Positions 54,045-64,000 of a stretch of DNA of 64,000 nt are shown one piece after another. The DNA comes from Eledone cirrhosa (taxonomy: Eukaryota): assembly GCA_964016885.1 (NCBI GenBank), contig OZ024740.1, positions 349,246,001 to 349,310,000 of the forward strand, written 5' to 3'. How positions within the stretch are numbered: position 1 is the stretch's first letter; each line of letters begins with the position of its first letter. A program made the translations under genes and the position numbers. The notes under the pieces were generated by a model. The model saw only the letters and a list, made by a program, of their open reading frames with translations, was not told the DNA's origin and did not search any database.

Positions 54045-56111
54045 ATGAAGATAACTAATGTAAGTAACGATTAATTAATATTACTATCTCATATATTCTT
54101 GTATGTAGTTATGTGGTTATACTTAGATATGTGTACTCATGAGGTAAAATTTAACAAAAATGCTATTTACTCTAAATAACGTAAATTGGCACTTGTCATT
54201 ATCTATGAGGATATATATAATATCAGAGATACGATTGCACCCCAGTAGGATCTCTTGTCTTTTTACCTCACTGCAGATTACTATTAGATGTTCAATTTAT
54301 ATTAATGTAGGTTTATGTTGGGTTATCTAATGTATTTTTCACTGTGAGTTAATATATTGTTAAAACTATTATCTACGTTATCAGAAGAATTAGCTTTACC
54401 TGAACATTTCAGAGATGAGATGCAGTAAGAATTGAACTGGGATAACACGTAACATATGTAACTTATAATAATGGTAATGCTAGCCTCAAAAAACAGATAC
54501 ATCTATTGTAGTTAAATACGATACTAGTATTATGAGGTTCTAAAGTAATCATAGAAATAATAAATATATTGAAACTATTGTAACAGGTTAGTTAGGTTCT
54601 AAATGTTACATTGGTAAAATGTATTGCAGAATGATATCACTGATAGAATCCTATCGATTGGTAATTTATGTATGAAATTAGAAATTATGCTCTTATATAG
54701 GATTGAATTTTTCTATTTTCCTCTGTTTCTTTCTTCCCTTCTTTCCTATCCATAACTTACAGTGTATTCTGGGACATATTTTAACTTTAAGAAGAGCCTA
54801 TCTAATCACTTGGTCTGATCACATACAATATTTTCCATAGAATGTGAGACATTGTTGTGATACGAAGTGAGATAGAAATGTGAGGAAAGTATCTACAGCA
54901 GTACTGGACCGGTATTGATTTATCGAAAGTGTGAAAGGAATAATAGAGTACCGAATCGAAGATCTTAAAGCAATCTTGGAGATGTTCTAAACTCTCAGCC
55001 AGTCTAGTATATATATTGGAGTATATAACAGTCTATATAATGACACCATTCCACTCAACTAATTCGAAACAAGTAGAAATATTTATATGGATAAATAATT
55101 ATACAGAGACATTACTTTAACACTGCAACTCCGAGTTATAAATTTACTAATGAATGAGATAATCTAAAGATATTTGTTTCATGAGTGAGTGTATTATTTC
55201 CTCTAAAATGTTACATGAAGTTTCTAAAACTACGGGGAACATACCACTTTGTTATGTAGCAGTAGTAAACCTACTGGCAGTAATATCATTAATCGATTTC
55301 CTCTCTCGTTATAATACTTCCATCGCACATCTCTCATATATTTTTCTATAAATATATGCATTTTATTCATATACACACTGTACAGAAACGTTTTCGTATC
55401 ACATTACCTGACATCATTCATGATCATACGTCTAGCACACTATAGTAAATAAATATCTGTGGCATTGATTTCTATGTATTATGATTTAATTCTAAAGTAT
55501 ACAGCTATTTTCTGATTTGTTTATCTGAATAAGTGTCACATGAAAATTATGAAGCACTCTTTGATATAATATTTTATATATTGCAGGTTCTCGTACAGAT
55601 TGTCATTCTTCTCGTCAACTATATCTTAATTGTGACTTCGGCACCCATCCAGATCCAATGTGAAATACCAACTGACCTAAAAGACCAATACGAGAGTTTA
55701 TCTAGTGAAGACATCGGCAATAAATTCTTTCTACATGCTGAAATGGCTCCAGCAGTAAATAACGATACAGCACTGTCACGAGAGAATGAAACAAGTACAA
55801 CACCTGCTGTTTCTTCTGATCTCGTCCATGAACGTTCAATTTGTCCTTGGAACCTGGAGATTATCCATGATCCAACAATCTTCCCTCCATCACGTACAGA
55901 AGTAGTGTGTCGAGAGGATAATGATTTGTTCCCCGACAAAAATCACCAATGTGAGTCTGTATATACTAAAATGACAGTCCTCAGTCATACAGGTACATGT
56001 GATAATGGACTTTATGTGTATAGTCCAATTGTAATAAATGTGGCAACATCGTGTGTTTATGCACGGAAAGTTGATGTGATAACTAAGGGAAATAACGAGT
56101 ATGAGGAATAA
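54045..56111 (+). CDS. IL17: Interleukin-17-like cytokine, copy 6 (exons 54045-54059, 55587-56111; extra in-frame ATG at 54042)
   Basis: Intact ORF; exon 1 (M)MKITN|GTAAGT; divergent loop REDNDLF. Confidence 0.88.
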
Positions 56112-56203
56112 AAGCAGTCATATTGAAAATTATAAAACTGCGTTGTAACGCAAAATGTATTCATGATATGAAACATTCAGTTGACCACCATGTGGTTTTT
56201 GTT

Positions 56204-56269
<66 letters not shown>

Positions 56270-56851
56270 CCCCATATATCCTATATGCTTATCGTTTATT
56301 CTATTTCTTTCAATCTTAATTTTTACATTTTAAACATCACTGTTTCAAGCTTTACTATTCTTTACTATTTAATCTTAAATTAAAGGACTTTGTAATACAT
56401 ATTATATATATATTGTGATAATCGTTATATTGAAAATTTATATTTTTATGAGAATATACATACACTATATATTAATTGGTTTATAAAATAATTGTATTTT
56501 TATATTTAATAAAGTTTGGTAAAAAATGTTCGTCTTTGATCTTTTCTTTCTTTAATTTCTCTAAACTGACCAAGACATTTATTGATTATGTTAATATTCA
56601 GGTAAAATGTTACATTGTCAGCTGTGACATTGAGAGGTTGATCCTGTGATTTTTGTTCAGTCAGTGTATATACATATTTATTAATAATAATCTGCCTGAG
56701 TGATAATAATAGTTACAACAAATTCCATATGAATTAATCTTTTCATCTATCTGCCTATCTGTACATCAATCTATCTATTATTCTATCTGTCTTTATATCT
56801 ATACAAATGTGTGTAATTATGTATGCTTTTGTGTGGAGAAATATACATAAT

Positions 56852-56903
<52 letters not shown>

Positions 56904-58682
56904 ACACACACACATTCATATATGTATCTATATCTATACCAATATATATCTCCTTATAATATATAATCAGCTATTTCTCTGTCTGTCTGTCCGACAGTGG
57001 AAACACGTGCGCGCGTGGTTGCTATCTCTCTCTCTCTCTCCAGCTATCCCTCTCTTTTAGTCTGTCTGTTTCTCTCACTCTCACTCTTTCTCTTTGTAAC
57101 ACACTAACATTCCTCCCCTCTATCGCTGTGACGAATGGGGAGATGGAGGAGGAGGAGGAGGAAGAGAGAGTCACTTCGTCACTTCACCTCTGCCTTTCTT
57201 TCTCTCCCCTCTCACTCCCTGTCGTCGACCACTGATTCCAACAACCAGCGTTCTAGGCCAGCACGTTACACCTGCGTTCCCAGCCATGGCACGCGCGACC
57301 TTGGAGTAGTTACCATGGAGATCTAGCCAGACACAGCCGAGTTCTTTGAATTTACAGACGACAACTTTAAGACTGGTTTTTGTGTTTTAACCAACTCACT
57401 GGGGCTGAGCATATAATATATATATATATGTGTGTGTGTGTTATATGTGTGTGTATGCGTGTGTGTGTGTGTATTATATGTGTGTGTGTTATATGTGTGT
57501 GTGTATGTATGTGTGTATGTGTGTGCGTGTGTGTTATATATGTGTGTGTGTGTTATATGTGTGTGTGTATGTGTGTGCGTGTGTGTGTTTTATATATGGG
57601 TGTGTGTTATATGTATGTGTGTATGTGTATATATAATATATATATATATATATAATATATATATATATATTATATATGTATATTATGTGTGTCTCTCTAT
57701 ATATATACATATATATAGGTTTAAGTGTGTATGTACGTGTGTATGTGTGTGTTAACGTGTGTGCATATGTGCGTATGTATGAGTGTGTGTATGGTATGTG
57801 TGTGTTAGCGTATGTGTCTGTATGCGTGTGTGTCTGTCTGTGCGTGTGTCTGTGTGTATCTGTGTAAGTGTTTGTGTGTGTGTGTGTGTACAGGAATTCA
57901 TAAGTTTCCTAAAATATGTCTGTATGCTTAATTTTTCTTAAAAATTATAAACTGTTTCTTCCTGTCAGAGATAATAATCTGATTTGAGAATAATGCATCT
58001 CAAAATATGAACATGGGTGTATATATATATATGTATGTGTGTGTGTGCCTGTGTTTGTGTTTGTGTGTTTGTGTGTGTGTTAAATATATATCGACAAGCA
58101 GAAAACCACCCACCGGGTGGTTTTCTGCTAGTCTACTTATATATATAACCAGCAATTTCTCTGTCTATCTGTCCGACAGTGGAAACACGTGCGTAGAGAG
58201 AGAGTGAGAGTGAAAGAAAGAGACAGACTACGAGAGGGGGATAGCGGGAGGGAGAGAGGGAGAGAGAGAGAGTGAATAGACGCTAAAACACGTGCTACAG
58301 AAACATTACCTTCCCCTCTCCACTGACTTTGGTCACTGAGGCCTAGGGAATCGCGCTGAGCGCGTCATAACGACGTAATGCAGACAGCCAGACATACAGA
58401 CAGATATTATAAGGGCGCAACGTTATATCTATGTATCTATCTAAAAAGAAAGACTAAGAATTATATAGAGAGAACGCTAAATCGCCTAATGCGGTCCCTA
58501 GGGCATTGAAAATTTGAAATAATTTTTGCTCAAAACACTCGCAGGACTATAAGTATTACATGTCTAAAGTTTGAAAACAATCGGTTGGATGGTTCTCAAG
58601 TTTTAGTGAGCTGACAGACAGACATTCTCTGTTTTAGATATATAGACTAGCAAAAAACCGCCTGCGAGTGGTTTTCTGCTAG

Positions 58683-59773
58683 TCTATATATATAAAACAG
58701 AGGATGTCTGTCTATCTGTGTAAATCCCTAAAACTCGAGAAGTACTCGACCGATTTTTTACAAACTTTACACATGCGTTACTTATATTTCGTGAAGGGCA
58801 ATGGGCTAAAATAAATGCCCTAGGGCCCGCATTAGACGAGAAACCGCATTTTAAAGGAATTTTTAGGCTTTTTTGAGCCGTCACTTAAAGATAATCCAGC
58901 CGATTTTGCTCGAAATTTGCAGTCTCATAGCATTGCTTTGGATGAAAAAAGCGTACAATAGTTCACTAAAAATTTGTTTTATTTAACAGAGGGCACAACA
59001 TTTACTTACTTTAAGCAGGACCATTTTCAGGGGATTGAGGAAATGGGGAGGACCTTAAAACTTTTGTCGGCTACCTGTTGACGTTTCGTGCTTTCATCAC
59101 GACGCGCAAATTCGAGCCCTGTGTACGTTACCGTATTATTGACGCCGGAAAACTCACGTCTGTGCTACTTCTATTAAGAGCCCTTTTCTTGAACCTACAC
59201 CGCAGTATGAAAGCCCTGGGCAAGTACGCCGTACAGAGGTTGTACTAATTCCGTGGTGACCTCAATAGTAACTCAGAAGTGTTCTGCATCCGATATAACA
59301 GTTCGGGCTATATCAGATTGATTAGATTTACGAAGAGGCTATGGTCTCCCGTGGGGAAGGCCCAACATGCTGTGTGATTACATGACATGTCTTACTCAAG
59401 CATTGCAGGCTTTACTCTGTACAGTATGCATGCAGGTAGAATAGACATAACTGATGATGTCTATCCGGATGACTGGGTGCGAATCTATAAATCTCCAAAA
59501 GTACCTAACCGATTTTCTCCAAATGGAAGAAAATTCATGCGCTAAGATTTAGAACGCTTAAAGAGTATCCAGCTGATTTCCTTCAGATTTTGCACATGCA
59601 TGCAGATATTTCACGATTCGGGCCTGTTGGTGTTCTACGTTTCCAGTAGATGAACAATCATTCCCTGAGAATAAGAGAATTCAAAGAGGAGAAAGCTACA
59701 TTCCTCAATCTTTGCATATGTGTGTTGCTATTTCACGTTTCATACACCATGCAACGTCGAGTCCTGCTACTAG
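58683..59773 (+). mobile_element. Longer Helitron-like element (duplicate of 40026-41133)
   Basis: TC start, CTAG|t end, colinear interior. Confidence 0.65.
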
Positions 59774-59796
59774 TATATATATATATGTCACACATT

Positions 59797-59855
<59 letters not shown>

Positions 59856-62144
59856 TTACGTTCGTGCACACATATAGTGAAACACAGACACGCATATAGA
59901 GAAGCAGTCATAAACATGCACATAAGATCATAGACATATATATACACAGACTCAGATAATATTTGTTTTCAGGTGAGACCATTAATTCTGGCGAACATAT
60001 ATTTTCAGGTATCCATTCCACCATTAATCTTTAATGTACATCTTTTGCCATGAATACTACAAGGCATACTGGTAATATTTACGCAAAAATTTCTAAATCC
60101 AAACAACCATCCAATGTGTTTCCACTGGATTATTGTTTGTCTATAAACCTCTACATTATGTATTATCACAATGTTCAAAGATATTGCCCACAAGTTTATT
60201 TCCTGATTATTCTAGTGTTGTGTTCTTCAAAAACTAACGACATTTTAGCACAAGCTTTGCTCTGTAACATGAAATAAGATCGTCTGTGAATATGGAGCCT
60301 CCATGTATTTCCTGTAGTGCACGTGTATTTCCATGTTGCTTTTCTAGGGACATTATGTAATTTATGGCACTCTCAGCTTCACAATACCTGTGGGGGGGGG
60401 GGGGGGGGGCCATCGAATTGGCGCATCACATCATTTCACTGAGTGGGTGTTTCATATACTGTTAGGTATAATGTTTTAGCACAACATATGTGTTCACGAA
60501 GAACTGGCGTACTACAAATTGCTACAATCTGATTCATGGGAAATTATCGATTGACATCATTGCTCTTCAGTCTAATGTATAATTTTGAGTATTCAAAATA
60601 TATTTTCTAAAACACCATAGTAATTATAATACTCTTAAGAAAATGTGTCAACTAATCTAAGACAGATAGCTGAATCTCCTGCCGCTACCATTCCTTTCTC
60701 AACTCTTCTAAAAAATTCAGAGAGCTGGACAATATATCTCCAAAATATCGATAAACATAAGTATTTGTATATATGGATGTAAAACATACGTGGAAGTAAT
60801 TAATCGGGATATTATGGAACGTTTTGTATTCTCACTTCTTACTAGATTCATCATAATTATGAAACAAATATTTATGATCATACATTTAATACTTAAAACA
60901 ATATGTAGAAATATATAAATATGATCCTACAAATAATTATGTTATAAAGTCTTGAGAAACTTCACAATATACCTCCGACATATCTCGACGTACATATGCA
61001 ACTTCATTAAACGACCCTGGACATTTGTGTTTTAAGTAATGCGGACCTAATTAATCAGTTAAAATGGGAACCTATTGTATTCCCACTTCTTACAAGCAAT
61101 ATAGTTAAATAAATATTCATGGTCAAACTATAATCTATATCTAATTTGCCCGACATCCGTCCGTTACACAATGCGTGTGTGTATGTGTGTCTGTGTGTCT
61201 GTGTGTATGTATGTTTAAACGGAGGGAAGAGGATGATTAATAACTACATCAAAACCTCAAGTGGTGTTACATTTGCTTCGCTGTGTGTGGTGTGCATGTG
61301 TGTGCTCCTGTAAATGTATGTGCTTGTGTTGTGTGAATGCATGTCTGTGCATTATTGTTAGCATGTCTGTGTTTGCACGTTTTTCTTTCTATACTCACGA
61401 ATATAAATATGTGAAGACGCATGGCTTAGTGGTTAGAGCAGTAGGCTTGCAATCGTAAGGTTGTGAATTTAATTCTCGGACCGGGTGATGTGTTGTTTCC
61501 TCGAGCAAGACACTTTATTTCACGTTGCTCCAGTTTACTCGGCTGAAAATGAGTACCAGCAATAGCTGGAGGTCTAACCCTCCAATGGGCGGGGGGGGGG
61601 GGGGAGGTCTTGTACTCTCAGTCGCTTCACGCCATGAAACCGGGACAAGCACCAGCCAAATGAGCCTTCTGGCTTAAGACAGACTTTAGACTTACGGCCT
61701 GCCCGCCCAACCAGTGGGATGGCGTCATCGTATGGCTAAAACAACACGTGCTGTGACCAGCGGCGCCGAATGGCACCTGGCAGACTGGTCGGTCCAGGTG
61801 ATCAAGGTGCATATAAATATATGTCGTTGTCTGTGCCTTTTGATATGTACTCTGTTTTACTCTGGTTGAGGTGTAGCCCAACATGGGCAGCTATTTCCTG
61901 GAGCGTGTCAAAAATTTTTGCCTATCTGCAACAAGCACAATGTCATCCGCAAAGTCAAGGTCAGTAAGATTTTTAGAGGGGTGCCTAGAGCTCATGCGGG
62001 AATTTATGGTTATACTTTTGTTATTGATTTTGTCAACTGAGAGTCTCAAGCGTTGTCCAGTGCAATCATTGAGCTTAATCCCCAGGTGGTATGGTGTAGG
62101 CTCCTGATATTCTCAGTCATGACATCTTTAATCTTATTTTGGTA

Positions 62145-62181
<37 letters not shown>

Positions 62182-62203
62182 TAGTATATATATATATATA
62201 TAT

Positions 62204-62389
62204 ATAGGAACCAGTAAGACCCCGACAGCTGAGCTCAAGCCGTTTCGACGGCTAATTAGAATTAGCCGTCGAAACGGCTTGAGCTCAGCTGTCGGGGTCT
62301 TACTGGTTCCTATTACCCACTCTACTACCTCAAGTATTGAGTACTTTGGTGCGTTATGGTCCACCCGGTTCCTTACCACATTTCCTTCG

Positions 62390-62391
<2 letters not shown>
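62204..62391 (+). mobile_element. ~190-bp fold-back element in (TA)n, young insertion
   Basis: Perfect palindrome at 62204-62313 with a 2-nt centre; absent from the equivalent site at ~43520-43610. Confidence 0.75.
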
Positions 62392-62446
<55 letters not shown>

Positions 62447-62449
62447 GTA

Positions 62450-62483
<34 letters not shown>

Positions 62484-62917
62484 TATTCTATGATCAGAAT
62501 TAAGAGTATTCCGCAGTTCACAGTAATAACAATAATATTAGCTCAAAGTTTTCTATACAGTTACGGTAAAAATCACTTTTAATAATCCTTTACACATATT
62601 TCACTGTGTAACACACTTCTATTTTTGTAATATATTTGTATCAGAGCTCAGAAGAAAATTCTCTATTCTTCTTTGAGTTAATATTATTTTTATTACTGTG
62701 AACTGCGGAATACTCTTAATTCCTAGTATACTTAACGAGCTCCAAATTGTTGAGCTAACAAATTCGAATGGTTGGGCTGCGTTCTCTAGCATTTTCGCCA
62801 ATCCATGACAAACGTTATTTGATGCAAATAACACGTGATTTCGCCCTACCCTGGGCAGCGTGTATATTAGCTTTCGATCTATCCATGAGGCTAGATGTGT
62901 AGTAAAGAGAATCCACA

Positions 62918-62992
62918 TTTGCTGACTGATGAACCTGTGGCTGTTAAACTGCACATTTCTGTGGCGAAACGAACTTAATTCGTATCAGCAAA
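62918..62992 (+). ncRNA. Type I hammerhead ribozyme motif
   Basis: Perfect 8-bp stem I TTTGCTGA/TCAGCAAA, CTGATGA, GAAA, stem III ACGAA/TTCGT, GUA site. Confidence 0.7.
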
Positions 62993-63183
62993 CTTATGGT
63001 TATAAGGTTAGTAATTTAAAACTCTACTTCAGTGATTTGATTCTGACTTAGGTTTTTTCTATTTAATTGCTAAACCTGTAGATATTGTTTTCTATACAGT
63101 AACGGGAAAAATCACTTTTAATAATCCTTTACACACATTTCACTGTGCAACACACTTCTATTTGTGTAATATATTTGTACATA

Positions 63184-63214
<31 letters not shown>

Positions 63215-63221
<7 letters not shown>

Positions 63222-63532
63222 AAAAAAGGAAAAGAATGACTACCCTTGTAGTTCTAAAAAATTTATTTAATTATATAATACTATAATATTATGAGTTGGT
63301 AGATCTAGTAAGTTCTTTGTTAACATCGGTGGGAAGAGCTATTTAAAGATTTCTGGTTAACTTTCCTGGAGAACCTTGTCGGATTCGTCCGTGGCGATTG
63401 TCGAACTGAGATCAGGTTGTGTTGTGATGTGTGATTCTATATATAAGAGAGATTTGGATGTGTCTGGGGGTGCGGTGCAGTGTTAATGTGTGTGGGAGTG
63501 AAGGAGTGTTGATGAAGATTTAAAGCATACAA

Positions 63533-63611
<79 letters not shown>

Positions 63612-64000
63612 AGAAAATGGTGAGTGTTGACAGCAAGATAATGGCATGGGAGTGTTGTTGGGGCTTTTTTAAAGAGTGTTTAAGAAAGGAACTGCAAAAG
63701 TACCCTCCTGCTGGTTCCATTTAAATAAATGACCTTTGAGGAACATAATGGCAGGATGTTTTTCAAATACGTTTCTCATAGCTGAATCAACTCTCTGAAA
63801 TTTATAAAGAATAAATTCAACAACTCTCTATGTTAAAGATGAACTTAGGTGTGTGTCTGGTGGTGGTGGTGGTGGTGGTGGTGGTGGTGGTGGATTTAAT
63901 GAGGTGTAAGATGAATGTCTTTTGATAAGAATGGGATGAGAGCAAAGAGAAGAATAAGGATAGTTGAGGAATATTTGTCAGATATGTATGTTGTTGATAT
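63215..64000 (-). mobile_element. pLTR side of a third copy of the Penelope-like element, running off the window
   Basis: Colinear with 24530-25250. Confidence 0.75.

Overview
AT-rich, microsatellite-laden eukaryotic DNA, most likely cephalopod (Octopus-like; inferred from the SINE families and the gene content, not proven). The window holds a young tandem and inverted array of secreted interleukin-17-like genes: six complete two-exon copies plus exon 1 of a seventh running off the left edge. The ORF track starts these at a TTG/GTG that really lies in the intron. I locate the likely 15-nt coding exon 1 (ATG AAG RTA ACT AAT|GTAAGT) 0.9-1.5 kb upstream of each, behind a TATA box. Genes sit as head-to-head (-/+) pairs on inverted-repeat arms inside an ~18.7-kb repeating unit, with one extra + copy. 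The proteins have an unusual cysteine pattern: one knot disulfide is lost as a pair. Exon 2 is homogenised by apparent gene conversion, and the 3' UTR starts with three tandem hairpins. Spacers contain Penelope-like elements (RT + GIY-YIG, hammerhead ribozymes, fold-back palindromes centred on hammerhead stem II), non-autonomous Helitron-like elements, Nin-domain and CORE-like tRNA SINEs, and RTE LINE fragments. Comparisons were made by eye, and repeat boundaries are approximate.
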